From: Armatimonadota bacterium
GTDB taxonomy: Bacteria > Armatimonadota > SYMT01
Length of the DNA stretch: 64,000 nucleotides
Direction of reading: 5' to 3'
NCBI GenBank assembly: GCA_041690135.1
Contig: JAWLHY010000013.1
Location: 202,306 to 266,305 of the forward strand
This document shows, piece by piece, positions 1 to 10,310 of this stretch. Numbering within the stretch: position 1 is the stretch's first letter; each line of letters starts with the position of its first letter. A program made the translations under genes and the position numbers. The notes under the pieces are model-generated. The model ran no database searches. It was not told where the DNA came from and worked only from the letters and a program-made list of their open reading frames with translations.

Positions 1-626
1 GGGTCCGCTTCCGGGGAGGGAGCGAGCCCTTCCCGTTCCAGGCGGGCGAGGACGAACCGGTCGATGGGGTTGCGGACCCACTTCTCGTTCCGCACTTTGG
101 GGAGCTGCGGCATCTGCGGGGCGACGAACGCCCAGTGGGCCTCGTACGGCGCCCCCTGGAGGATCCACCGGCGGATCAGCTCCTTCTGCTCCGGCTTCAA
201 CTGCTTGTGTGAACTCGGGGGCGGCATCCGGTGCTGGGGGTTGGTGGCGGCGATGCGCACCCAGATCCGGCTGGCTTCCGGCTTTCCGGCCACCACCGGG
301 GCGTGGGGGCCGCGCCGGGTGAAGAGATCCTCCCGGCGGTCGAGACGGAGACCGCCTTTTAGGTTCGATTCATCCGGCCCGTGGCAGGCGAAGCAGTTCT
401 CCGACAGGATGGGGCGAATGTCGCGGCTGAAGGAAACCGCGGGAGAAGTGCGAAGTGGCGGTTTACGGGTTGAAGGTGGGGTGCGTGTGGTGAGTTTGGA
501 AGGGCGGGGAGCTTTGGGTTTGGTGGCCGACGCACTGGGCCGGGCGGGCGCGGCGGGGGTGAGGGCGGAGCAGGTGGTGACGTACCCCGCTGTGAGGATT
601 GTGGTGACCAGACCGATGGGTTTCAT
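1..626 (-). CDS. Planctomycete cytochrome c (PSCyt1) / DUF1549 protein, 5' part; runs off the window edge
   Basis: Not in the ORF track. Manual translation from ATG 626 gives MKPIGLV...VSFSRDIRPILSENCFACHGPDESNLKGGLRLD...HWAFVAP...NPIDRFVLARLEREGLAPSPEAD, with a CxxCH heme motif. Confidence 0.88.
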   Translation of the reverse strand, partial: MKPIGLVTTILTAGYVTTCSALTPAAPARPSASATKPKAPRPSKLTTRTPPSTRKPPLRTSPAVSFSRDIRPILSENCFACHGPDESNLKGGLRLDRREDLFTRRGPHAPVVAGKPEASRIWVRIAATNPQHRMPPPSSHKQLKPEQKELIRRWILQGAPYEAHWAFVAPQMPQLPKVRNEKWVRNPIDRFVLARLEREGLAPSPEAD

Positions 627-800
627 CCTTCGCCTCTTCCAATTCCCAGATTAAAATCCGCGACTGCCTGACCGATCTTTTCCCCGGATTGAAATCCGGG
701 GCTGGCTGACCGAAGTCCGCCGTCGCGGACTGTTTGATCGACGTCCATCCACCTTTCCGGAGCCTCGCCATTCCTGCAGCCAGCGGCAAACCACTGTCCA

Positions 801-2255
801 CTAGGGGCGGCTGCGGCCTTCTCGCCGGTACTTTTCAAGCAAGGCGCTGAGCCGCTGGACGACCTCCGGGTGGGTAGCGTAGAGGTTCGTCTGCTCCGCG
901 GGGTCCTTGTCCAGGTCGTAGAGCTGGCCCGCGGGTTCGCCGGCCTTCGCGCGGACGACCGCCGGTTGGGTGAATCCGCCGCTGCCGAGGCCGGGGATCA
1001 GCTTCCATTGCCCCTGGCGGATGGCCAACACGCCGCGGGAGGACTGGTGGACCGTCGCCTCGCGGAGGGGGCGGTTCAGCTTGCGGCCCTCGAGCACCGG
1101 CAGAATGCTGTGGCTGTCCTCGCCTGCGTTCTCCGGCAGCGGTTTGCCCGTGAGGTCGGCGAAGGTCGCCAGCATGTCGGTGAAGCAGATCGTGTCGCTC
1201 GAAGTCGAACCGGCCCTCACCTTACCGGGCCACCGGGCGATGAACGGCATCCGGTGGCCGCCTTCCCAGGCATCCCCCTTCATCCCGCGATAAACGTGGC
1301 TCGATGCATGGCCGTACTTCCGGACATCGTCCGCGTACCACACGGGGCCGTTATCGCTGGTGAAGATCACCAGGGTGTTCTTCGCCAGGCCGGACTGGTC
1401 GAGTGCCTTAAGTACCTGACCGACCGCGGCGTCTACGTGAGCCACGAAGTCGCCGTACTCCCCCGCCTGGCTCTTGCCCCGAAATGCCGGCGCCGGCAAC
1501 CAGGGGGTGTGCGGAGCCGCCAGGGCGAGGTAGAGGAAGAAGGGAGATCCGCTCCGCTGCTTCCCGCGCTCTTCCACATACTCCACCGCCTTGCGGCTGA
1601 AATCATCCAGCACTTCCTCGTGGCGGAAGCCCGGCGCGATCTTCCCCTCCCTCCAGAAGGCGCCCTGGATCGGGCTCACACCCGGGCTGCTGCTGGCGGG
1701 AACCGTCTCCGAGGCCGACGCGACGGCCCGGTCGTTCCGGATGAAGAAGTACGGCGGGATGTCCAGGGAGGCGTGCATCCCATAGAAGTTCTGGAACCCG
1801 TGGGAGAAGGGACCGCCGGCCAAGGGCTTGCCGTAGTCGAAGTCCACTCCCCCCTCGAAGCCGAGGTGCCACTTCCCCACCATCGCCGTGGCATAGCCGC
1901 GGTCCCGGAGCAGCGAGGCGAGGGTCACCCGTCCCGGCTCGATGAGGGCCTCCTTCTGGATGTTGGCGCGGTTCCGGAAGGGATAGCGGCCGGTGAGGAG
2001 CCCGTAGCGCGAGGGGATGCAGACGGACCCCGGAGCGTGGGCATCGGTGAAGCGCATCCCCTGCGCGGCCAGGCGGTCGAGGTTAGGCGTGGGCGCCTTG
2101 GACTGCGGGTTGAAGCACCGCACGTCGCCATAGCCCATGTCGTCCGCCATGATGAAGACGATGTTGGGCTTCGGGGCCGGGGCGGCTTCGGCGGCACCCA
2201 GGCGCGTCGGGGCGCAGGCGGTTGCGAACAGGATGAAGAGGGAGGTCCATTTCAT
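801..2255 (-). CDS. Arylsulfatase (sulfatase family, secreted)
   Basis: PNIVFIMADDMG, formylglycine motif CIPSR, GKWHLG, SDNG, and a signal peptide from MKWTS (ATG 2255). Confidence 0.93.
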   Translation of the reverse strand: MKWTSLFILFATACAPTRLGAAEAAPAPKPNIVFIMADDMGYGDVRCFNPQSKAPTPNLDRLAAQGMRFTDAHAPGSVCIPSRYGLLTGRYPFRNRANIQKEALIEPGRVTLASLLRDRGYATAMVGKWHLGFEGGVDFDYGKPLAGGPFSHGFQNFYGMHASLDIPPYFFIRNDRAVASASETVPASSSPGVSPIQGAFWREGKIAPGFRHEEVLDDFSRKAVEYVEERGKQRSGSPFFLYLALAAPHTPWLPAPAFRGKSQAGEYGDFVAHVDAAVGQVLKALDQSGLAKNTLVIFTSDNGPVWYADDVRKYGHASSHVYRGMKGDAWEGGHRMPFIARWPGKVRAGSTSSDTICFTDMLATFADLTGKPLPENAGEDSHSILPVLEGRKLNRPLREATVHQSSRGVLAIRQGQWKLIPGLGSGGFTQPAVVRAKAGEPAGQLYDLDKDPAEQTNLYATHPEVVQRLSALLEKYRREGRSRP

Positions 2256-2388
2256 ACCAGGGAGAGATTCCGTCTGCGCGAGAGGTGTTCCTTCCCATGG
2301 AGAGGCCGCCGAACGGGAACCGTTTTTGCCCGCGGAAAGGTGCGGAAGGAGAGAGAAGGACGGAAGAACGAAGCGGGCCAAGCATCAA

Positions 2389-2940
2389 CCTGGGAAGCGC
2401 GCGCTCTGGAGGCCCCGGAGGCGACGCTGACCGCCACCCCCACCGACCGGTTGTACCTGTCCATGGACGGAACGATGTGCCCCTTGCGGGACCCGTGGAA
2501 ACGCGACGGTTCGGCGGGAAAGCTCCAGTGCCGCTAGGGGGATGCCAAGCTGGGAGTGGTCCTCCAGACGCGGCGGAAGAGCGGCCTCGATACGGAAGTG
2601 GTGCGCCGGGGATGTGTCCGCACGCTGGGGAACCTGGGTGTGTTTCTGCCGCTTTTGTTGGCGTTAGCACGGCAATGGCGATTGGGCACGCTCCGCGAGT
2701 TGATCGTACTGGGCGACGGTGCGGACTGGATTTGGAAGCTGGTCGCGACGTACTTTCCGCACGTTGTCCCATTCCTGAACTTCCGACATATGACCGGGCA
2801 TCTGTGGAACGTGGCGCACGCGATGCATGGGCCCGGAAGCGGCGCGAGTCAGGCCTGGGTCCAGCAGGCGCAATGGGACCTGAAACACGACTTGGTGCAG
2901 AGCTTCCTGTTGGTGGCTCAGCCGGGAACCTACCGATTTC
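2389..2940 (+). pseudogene. ISKra4-family transposase remnant
   Basis: One frame reads LYLSMDGTM...CR*GDAKLGVV...LIVLGDGADWIW...FLNFRHM. There is an in-frame TAG at 2535-2537 and both ends are truncated. Confidence 0.72.
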
Positions 2941-3022
2941 TTTCCTTAATTGTCGCGTGCATTGGATGCAGTCAACGTTAACCAGACACTGTCCGTCGCG
3001 TAGCCCTGGTTTCGGGGACGGC

Positions 3023-4258
3023 TCAGGGTCGGTGATCCCGAATGGCGATCACCGCCGTCAATATCCCCTTGACTTCCGCCCACGAGAGGGCCGTTAGCTC
3101 CCGGTAATGGCGGTACGGCTTGCGTTGGAACACCTTGATATCCCGGTTGTGGCTCGGCTGCCAGAACTCGGGAAAGGGATCGAGGACCAGCACTTTTCCA
3201 GTCTTGCGATCTATACTCCAAACCGTCGCCTGGTGAGTCCGGTCCCCGGATCGCACGATGATCTCATCGCCGGGCAGTACGCAGTCCGCCAGGCGTGTCC
3301 GGCTTCCGAGAGCCACCACTTCCGGACCGTCCGACTCGCGCTTTTTTTCGGCCAGCAGGAAAACGGAGGCAAAGGCATTCCGCGGGAAGGCCTGGCGGTA
3401 GTTGGAGAACGCCTGGCGCACGGTTACTCTCGTCTGCCGGGTCGGATCGAAAAACGCACGCCATACGAACCCCAGGCGCACCCGCATCAGACCATCCACG
3501 AAGGCGGCAGTGAGATCGGAGCGGCCCGGGAGCTCGCGGGAGACACGCGGCGCGCTCCCTCCGGCCACCGAGAGCTTCTTCACCACCGAGGCGAGGAAGG
3601 CCCGATCGGCGGAGGTGTATTGTTGTTCGTAGAACTTCTTGAACTGCTGCATCCTTTCCAGCGGCTCGCTCATCCTCTGGAGCAGGAACCAGTAGTTCAT
3701 TTCCTCCTTCTTTCCCTGCGACTTATAGATGCCCTGTAAAACCTCCATACACCGGGGGTCGCCCAGTTCGGCGCCCATCTGCAAATACTTGAAGGCTCTC
3801 GCCTTGAGGTTTGCGGCCGCGGGGTTTTCCTGCCTTGCCTGGATCAAGAGGTGAGCGCCGGCCAGATAAGGGGCGTCCGGCTGCCCCAGGTCGCTCGCGC
3901 GCGCGTAATCTTCCGTGGCGGCCTCCGGAGCTCCGTCCTGCTCGTTGATCTGGCCGCGCAAGTAGTAGGCATTCGCCCGCACGAATTGCCGGAGGCGCGC
4001 CCCAGAGGAGGAAGCCAGCGGTTTGGGTTTGGCTATCAGGGCATCCGCCAGCCGACGCGCTTCCGGCAAGCGTTTCGCCCGGATAGCAGTTACAATCCGC
4101 TGCAACTCCGGTTGCGTGACAAAGCCATCGTCGTCCTTCGTGACTGACGCGGCCGCTGGCGATGGAGACGGAGATTGCACAAGGCCGAACGCTGGAGACA
4201 GGCAAATCCCAGCTAGAAAGGTGGCAGTTGACCAGGAGTGCAGGTTTCGTTTGAGCAT
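3023..4258 (-). CDS. Secreted TPR/Sel1-like repeat protein with possible C-terminal C39/papain-like fold
   Basis: Signal peptide; helical repeats (AYYLRG, YARASDLG, YLQMGAELGD); C-terminal HQATVWSID...VLVLDPF. Confidence 0.6.
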   Translation of the reverse strand: MLKRNLHSWSTATFLAGICLSPAFGLVQSPSPSPAAASVTKDDDGFVTQPELQRIVTAIRAKRLPEARRLADALIAKPKPLASSSGARLRQFVRANAYYLRGQINEQDGAPEAATEDYARASDLGQPDAPYLAGAHLLIQARQENPAAANLKARAFKYLQMGAELGDPRCMEVLQGIYKSQGKKEEMNYWFLLQRMSEPLERMQQFKKFYEQQYTSADRAFLASVVKKLSVAGGSAPRVSRELPGRSDLTAAFVDGLMRVRLGFVWRAFFDPTRQTRVTVRQAFSNYRQAFPRNAFASVFLLAEKKRESDGPEVVALGSRTRLADCVLPGDEIIVRSGDRTHQATVWSIDRKTGKVLVLDPFPEFWQPSHNRDIKVFQRKPYRHYRELTALSWAEVKGILTAVIAIRDHRP

Positions 4259-4308
4259 GAATACCTTCTTTTAACACGTGGCAATGTTTCGATTCGCAAT
4301 AACCCGCG

Positions 4309-5013
4309 TTACTCCCGGAACTTCCGATAAAGGTAAGTCCAGCTTGTGTGGGTGCTGTGCTGTTCTTTGCTTATCTGGTAGGTGACCCTGAACCGCGCGC
4401 GATAGAGGCCGGGACTCTTTGCCTCCAGCACTACGCTCATCGGATGATGCGCATCCGGTAACTCAGGGGCAAGCGTGACCCCCTGGCTTCCTTCCACGGT
4501 GCGCAAGAGGTTCCGCGGCTCTACCGCCACGACGTCTCCCTCGGTCCGGCTGCGGACGTAACTGCCGCTCACCTCACCGGAGTGGAGAACGAACCGGTAT
4601 TCGTGCACCTTAACGATCCCGTGTGGGGTGGACTCCAGCTCATCGATCTCGTACGCCAATTGCTTCGCGGCGGAGGGTGTCAATGGGACGGGTTCTGTTT
4701 CCAATTCGAGCTCTCTCACGAGAATTGGCTTCTTCCCGTCCTGGTTGTGCGCGAGGGTCAACTCGAGCCGTACCACTTCACAACCCACGAAAGCGTTGTA
4801 CCAGGTGGGATTCTTCCCCAACAGCGGCACTGCCTGGATGGGCTCATCCAGAGTTAGACCCAGGTTGGTTCGGTCGGACTCCAGGTCCCGGTTGACCAGG
4901 AACCCCGCTCCGTTGAGAACGGCTCCAAGAAGTACCGTGACCACTCCGACGAACAGCGCTCCATTTAGGAACGTCCACTTACCGCCTGACTGGGGGTTCT
5001 GATGGCTATCCAT
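4309..5013 (-). CDS. Hypothetical membrane-anchored protein
   Basis: 234-aa ORF with an N-terminal TM helix and a beta-rich remainder, co-oriented with 3023-4258. Confidence 0.6.
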   Translation of the reverse strand: MDSHQNPQSGGKWTFLNGALFVGVVTVLLGAVLNGAGFLVNRDLESDRTNLGLTLDEPIQAVPLLGKNPTWYNAFVGCEVVRLELTLAHNQDGKKPILVRELELETEPVPLTPSAAKQLAYEIDELESTPHGIVKVHEYRFVLHSGEVSGSYVRSRTEGDVVAVEPRNLLRTVEGSQGVTLAPELPDAHHPMSVVLEAKSPGLYRARFRVTYQISKEQHSTHTSWTYLYRKFRE

Positions 5014-5792
5014 AAGCCCTCACGATCGCGTGAAGAACAGTGTCTGGAACAGAGCGGTACTGAAGTTGCACATGTGACATGATACAGCCATCCTCCGCAG
5101 TGTGCTGGTGCTGGCGATGGATGGAAATGTCTTCCGTGTGGGCAGGAAATTTAACTGGATGATGCGCTAGTTGGTAAGATACGAAGCTATGAAACGATAT
5201 CCTCATTGATTACACCGCGGCAGGCGAATCCCTTGTCGCGGTGTGATAAGAACGGATCGCAACCCGGAGTGCGGTCGAGTTCCAGAGCGGATTGCCACCA
5301 CCCGCGAGAGATTCAAATACCCTTGTCAAAGAACTGATCGCGATCTCGGGCGGGTGCGGTTCGACCCGGACGAATCGGAGATCGACGCGCCACAGTCGCA
5401 GGTGCCGGTGGCGCCGGAGTGGATCCCGCAATGGCCGGGGGATCGGAGTCCCTGCGGGGGGCTAAATGTTCGGGAGTTGCTTTACCGGCCATGGTGTTCG
5501 CCCCAAGGGACGATCCGGATTCGGGACCAGTATTCGCAAGGGGACCGGACTTTGTCCGGACTCCCACCGCGCGCTGTAGGGTGGTAGCGAGTTGGGAGCG
5601 TGGTGTACGGAACGTCCGCTCCTCGCAGGATCCCCGTGGTACACCCGGCAACTGGGTTAACCTTGGCGCGAGGGCCAGGTGCAGGAGAGAGAGCAGCCGT
5701 GGCCGGCGGGTGTGCGGTTTGTCGATTGTGCGTACTGTGACGGACGGTGGCAAGCCCCTGTGCTACCTTTCGAACCCGAGGCGACTGCCGCC

Positions 5793-7226
5793 TCAGGCCT
5801 TCTGGAGAAGCTCGCGGATCGGTTTGCCATGGCCGTCGCGGGTGACGTAGAAGGGTCGCTTCTCGATCTCGTAGGCCAGCTTGGGGGAAATGCCGAGCGT
5901 GTGGTACATCGTGGCGTGAAGGTCCTCGATGATCACCGGCTTCTCGATCGTTTTGCAGGGGCGCTCGTCCGCCGTGACACCGTGGAGGTGGCCCTTCTTC
6001 ACGCCGCCGCCGAACATCAGCACGCAGCCCGCGTCGGTGAAGTGGCGGTGCATGCCGTAGTGCTTGCGCTCGGTAATCACGTCGGGGACCTCGACCTGGT
6101 TCTTGATCAGCTTGTCCGGCTTGCCTTCCATCATCATGTCGCGGCTGAACTCGCTGGCGAGCACGATCAGAGTGCGGTCGAGGAGGCCGCGCTCTTCCAG
6201 GTCGCGGACGAGCTGGGCGATGGGCGCATCGATCAGGCGCTTCATCTCCACCAGGCGGTCGTGGCCGTTGTCGTGGGTGTCCCAGCCGAAGAACGGCACG
6301 TATTCAGTGGTCACTTCGATGTAGCGGGCGCCGGCTTCCGTTAGGCGGCGGGCGAGCAGACAGCCGAGGCCGAACCGGCCGGTGTTATAGATGTCGTAGG
6401 ACTGCCGAGGCTCCAGCGCCAGGTCGAACGCCTTAGCGGCGGGAGAGCTGAGGAGCCGGTAGGCGTTGTCCAGGGAGCGCAGCAGCGACTCTTTCTGGTA
6501 GTCGCTGCCGTACTTATTGATCGGGCTGTTCTTTACCAGGCTCTTGTAGAACTTTTGCCGGCTCTCGAAGCGGGACGGGCTCATGCCGCGGGGTGGGCGG
6601 ACCGCCTCCACGGCCTGTTCCGGGTAGGGCACGTTGAACGGGCCATACTCGCTGCCCAGGAACCCCGCCGTTGTGAAGGCCTTGAGCTCCTCCCCCTCCC
6701 CCACGTCGAACCGCTGGCCGATGTTGATGAAGGCGGGCACGGCCGGGTTCTTGGGTCCGAGCGTCCGCGCGATCACCGCCCCGATGTGGGGACAGGCGAC
6801 CGTCTGCGGCGGCGCGTAGCCGGTGTGCCAGTAGAACTGGTGCCGCGAGTGGAGGATGAAGCCGAGGTCCGGGCCGGTGTACGTGCGGATCAGGGTGCCG
6901 CGATCCATCACGGCGGCGGTCTTCTCCAGGCCCTCGGAGAACCGGATCCCGTCCACGGCCGTGGGGATGGAGGGGAAGGTGCTGAGGACCTTCTCGGAAG
7001 GGGTGCCCGGCGCGAACGGTGTGTAGCGCTTGGGGTCGAAGGTCTCCGTGTGCGCCATGCCGCCCCCCATCCAGAGGACGATCACGGTGTCGGCGGTGGC
7101 GGGGGATGGGCGCTGGGCTTCAGGCTTTGGGCTTTGGGCCGCGTGGATCGCCTGGGGATAGCCGGCGGCGAGGGCGGAGAGGGTCGCGGCGCTCGCGCTT
7201 TTCAGGAAGTCTCTTCGATCGTTCAT
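5793..7226 (-). CDS. DUF1501 domain protein (Tat-exported)
   Basis: RRDFL Tat motif, LWMGGGMAHTETFDPK, GWDTH, SEFSR. Confidence 0.92.
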   Translation of the reverse strand: MNDRRDFLKSASAATLSALAAGYPQAIHAAQSPKPEAQRPSPATADTVIVLWMGGGMAHTETFDPKRYTPFAPGTPSEKVLSTFPSIPTAVDGIRFSEGLEKTAAVMDRGTLIRTYTGPDLGFILHSRHQFYWHTGYAPPQTVACPHIGAVIARTLGPKNPAVPAFINIGQRFDVGEGEELKAFTTAGFLGSEYGPFNVPYPEQAVEAVRPPRGMSPSRFESRQKFYKSLVKNSPINKYGSDYQKESLLRSLDNAYRLLSSPAAKAFDLALEPRQSYDIYNTGRFGLGCLLARRLTEAGARYIEVTTEYVPFFGWDTHDNGHDRLVEMKRLIDAPIAQLVRDLEERGLLDRTLIVLASEFSRDMMMEGKPDKLIKNQVEVPDVITERKHYGMHRHFTDAGCVLMFGGGVKKGHLHGVTADERPCKTIEKPVIIEDLHATMYHTLGISPKLAYEIEKRPFYVTRDGHGKPIRELLQKA

Positions 7227-7237
7227 ATCCGAATCCT

Positions 7238-9721
7238 TCAGTAGATCAACTGGAACTCGGGCAGCATCACCAGCGCCCAGAACAGGTCTTCCACACCTTC
7301 GCGGGTGGGCGGCGTGCCCAGGATCTCCTGCGCGGCACTCCGTTCCGCGGCAGAGGGCCGGCGTCCCAGGGCGCGCTCGTAGAGGGCCTCCGCCAGCGGG
7401 GCCTGCTTCTCGCTACCCGGCACCCGGCCGCTCACCCAGTCCTCCGCGCCCTGGGCCAGCATCGACGCGAGCACCTGGCCGTTGGTCAGCTCCAGGGCCT
7501 GCAGCGTGGTGGCGACTGGCGAGCGCCAGGTGACGATCTGTTCCCGGTTCGGCCGCCCCAGCGCGCGGGTCAGCGGGTCGGCCGTCGCCAGGGCGGCGCG
7601 GGCCTCGAGGAGCGGGCGGTCCGAGGTGACCACCAGCAACTGGAGGGAAGTCTGCGCCCCCGGCGTCTCGTGGGCGCCCGTGTCCGGACCGGCGGTCGCG
7701 CGGAAGCGGGTGGTCCCCGGCGGGAGCACGTAGGTGATGAAGGAATTGGCGTGGGTGCCGATCCCCGTCTTGAAGGTTCGGGTCCCCAGCCGCAGCGGCT
7801 TGTTGACCACGCTCCGGTTCAGGCGCACCTGGCCGTAGCCCGTGGTGGCCGACTGCCACTTGAGGGCCGTGAGGGAGGTCTCGCCTTTGGCGCCGACGAG
7901 GACCGGCTCCACCCAGTTGGCCCAGTCCGAGTTGCCGCCGTTGCCCCCGTCCAGGGTGATGAGCGTGAGAACCCGTGCCCCGGTGACGTCCACGTCCACT
8001 TCGACGGAGCCGCCCTTCAGCACCTCGCTCCGGAATTTCACCGCAGCCCGCCCCTCCGCCGCCAGGGCATCCAGGTCCGGCAGCTTCACCGGCGCGCCCG
8101 GCGCGGGAACGGACCACACCCCGGTGAGGGAGGAGATCGCGTCCACGAACTGTTCCGCGGACATCCGCTTGACGGTGGGCCCGCGGAATACAAAGGCGGC
8201 GGCATCTTCCGAGGCCAGCATCATCGGCGGAAGCTGGTAGGCGCGCGAGGTGACGATCCGTTCCAGGGTCTTCTTCAAATCGTAGCCGTTCTGCACCAGG
8301 TCGGCGGCCAGCCAGTCCAGCAACTCCGGCGACCAGGGCCGGTGGTCCATCTCGTCGACCGGCTCGACCAGGCCCCGCCCCATCAACCGCTGCCAGAGGC
8401 GGTTCACGAGGGTCCGGGGCAGGCGACCGTTATTGCGGGAAAGCAGGATGGAAGCAAGCTGCTCCGCTCGCTTTTCCCGTGGAGCGGCGGGGTCGATGGC
8501 GCCCAGTTCCGGATAGAGGAACTTGACCGGCGCTACCTGGCCCGTCGGCTTGTCGCAGCGGACCATCTCCAGCGGCTTATCCGCGTAGATCCCCGCCATC
8601 CCATAGGCATCGGCCAGCTTCCAGGTGTTGATGAAGCTGTCGTGGCAGGAAGCGCACTTGAGGTTGATCCCCATGAAGATCTGCGAGATGCTCTGCGCCG
8701 CCTGCATCTGGGGGGTCTGGCTGGCATTCACCACGCCGCGCCAGACGATGCCCTTCACGAACCCCGCCGAGGCGGGCGTCGGGTTCACCAGCTCCGACAC
8801 AAACCGGTCGTAAGGCTTGTTGGTCAGCAGCGCGTCGTAGAGCCAGCCGGTGATGGAGGCGCGGCCGCCGTCGATGTAGCCCGTCCCGATGTAGTCGTTG
8901 CGCAGGAGGTCGTTCCAGTACGAAAGCCAGTGCTCGGCGTAGCGGCGGTCGTCGGCCAGCAGCTTCCGGGCCAGGCGGGCGTGTTTGTCCGGTCCGCGGT
9001 CCGCTTCGAACTCCCGCAGTTCTGCCGGCGTGGGCAGGAGACCGATCAGGTCCAGGTAGACCCGCCGGGCGTAGGTCCGGTCGTCCACCACTTGCTGCGG
9101 CTGCACCTTGTGCGTGCGGAAATAGGAGGTCAGCAGCAGGTCGATCGGGTTCGAGAGCCCGGACCCGGGCGGGGCGGAGGGCACCCGCGGTGCGCCCAGC
9201 GCCAGCTTCGGCTTCCAGGTGTCCGCCGCCTTCGCGTTCCCGAAGCTGAGGCCCTGGTCGATCCAGGCGCGGAGCACCGCCACCTCGCGCGGCGCCAGGC
9301 GGGCTCCCTTGGGCGGCATGATCTTGCCCGGTACCTGGCCGGAAACGAGGCGGACCAGGTAACTCTGGGCGCCCTTGCCGGGCTGCACCACGGGGTGGGT
9401 GCTCTCGCTGCCGGTGAGGATCCCCTCCCGGCTGTCCACCTGGAAGCCGCCCAGACGCGTTCCGTTCCCGTGGCAGGCGTAGCACCGCGCCACCAGGATC
9501 GGCTTCACGTCCTTCTCATACGAGATGGGCGCCGGAGCGGTTTTCGCAGTCGGCCTGGGGGTTGTCTTTGGAGCGGCTTTGGCCGCCGCGGCGGGCTTCG
9601 CGGGAGCGGCCTTCCCCGCGCTAGACTTCACGGGCGCCGCCAGGGCGACCAGGGAAAGCGAGGAGAGCAGACCCAGCCCGGCCAGGCCCTGGAGGAGACG
9701 GTTGGAGGAGCGTATGCGCAT
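7238..9721 (-). CDS. PSCyt1-DUF1549-DUF1553 cytochrome protein with inserted NPCBM/NEW2 domain
   Basis: CYACHG, RRVYLDLIGLLPT, CASCHD, VNRLWQRLMGRG; NPCBM-like segments DWANW and GIGTHANS. Confidence 0.9.
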   Translation of the reverse strand: MRIRSSNRLLQGLAGLGLLSSLSLVALAAPVKSSAGKAAPAKPAAAAKAAPKTTPRPTAKTAPAPISYEKDVKPILVARCYACHGNGTRLGGFQVDSREGILTGSESTHPVVQPGKGAQSYLVRLVSGQVPGKIMPPKGARLAPREVAVLRAWIDQGLSFGNAKAADTWKPKLALGAPRVPSAPPGSGLSNPIDLLLTSYFRTHKVQPQQVVDDRTYARRVYLDLIGLLPTPAELREFEADRGPDKHARLARKLLADDRRYAEHWLSYWNDLLRNDYIGTGYIDGGRASITGWLYDALLTNKPYDRFVSELVNPTPASAGFVKGIVWRGVVNASQTPQMQAAQSISQIFMGINLKCASCHDSFINTWKLADAYGMAGIYADKPLEMVRCDKPTGQVAPVKFLYPELGAIDPAAPREKRAEQLASILLSRNNGRLPRTLVNRLWQRLMGRGLVEPVDEMDHRPWSPELLDWLAADLVQNGYDLKKTLERIVTSRAYQLPPMMLASEDAAAFVFRGPTVKRMSAEQFVDAISSLTGVWSVPAPGAPVKLPDLDALAAEGRAAVKFRSEVLKGGSVEVDVDVTGARVLTLITLDGGNGGNSDWANWVEPVLVGAKGETSLTALKWQSATTGYGQVRLNRSVVNKPLRLGTRTFKTGIGTHANSFITYVLPPGTTRFRATAGPDTGAHETPGAQTSLQLLVVTSDRPLLEARAALATADPLTRALGRPNREQIVTWRSPVATTLQALELTNGQVLASMLAQGAEDWVSGRVPGSEKQAPLAEALYERALGRRPSAAERSAAQEILGTPPTREGVEDLFWALVMLPEFQLIY

Positions 9722-9880
9722 CTGGAAGAGGAAGGATCACGACAGGAGTGGGCCACGACGCCCCGCCCTACCCTATTGTGACACGAACTACGGGACGAAG
9801 GTTGTGACCAAATGGGAGCTGGGAGGGGTTCGTGTTTGAGGATGATGGACGGGAACTGGGGTGCCCCGTGCAGGGTAGGC

Positions 9881-9920
9881 GTGATGCGTAAGGAGTGATG
9901 CGTAAGGAGTGATGCGTGAG
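9881..9920. repeat. Short tandem repeat (GTGATGCGTAAGGA)n
   Basis: About 2.5 direct copies; the TGATGCGTAA core recurs at 44727-44810. Confidence 0.7.
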
Positions 9921-10310
9921 GTCTGGGGCAGAGGTTGTGCCGTTCGAGAGTGATGCGCTGCGCGGCTAACGCGCCCAGACGGGCGTCCGTATGGACGAAA
10001 TCGCGAAAGCCCCTTCGGGCCCGTAGGGGGGCGGAAGACGCGAAAATCCGAACCCCAATAGACGGATAGATAAGGCTTCTGGCGGGAGATTAACTGCTTG
10101 CGGCCTCGCGACCATCGAGCCAGCACTTGGGTGGGGCTGGTGATATTCGATTGTGATCGGCGGTCCCGTCGCCCAAGCATTTGGATACGGGACCGCCGCA
10201 CTGCGCCATGGTGCTGGCACCCTCGCTGTTGGGAGAGATGTGTTCGACCTCCCCCCCTCTTCGCGCCCTCTGCGTCCTTTGCGCTCTTTGCGTTAGGAAC
10301 GGGCCAGGCG

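Noticed and set aside
2535-2537. In-frame TAG as pyrrolysine or programmed readthrough
   Set aside because: The surrounding transposase is truncated and its motifs are degraded; simple nonsense decay explains it better.
7019-9781. Long antisense ORFs (also 870-2537, 19766-21403, 56102-58666 and others)
   Set aside because: These are shadow frames of well-supported genes in high-GC DNA and carry no recognisable motifs.
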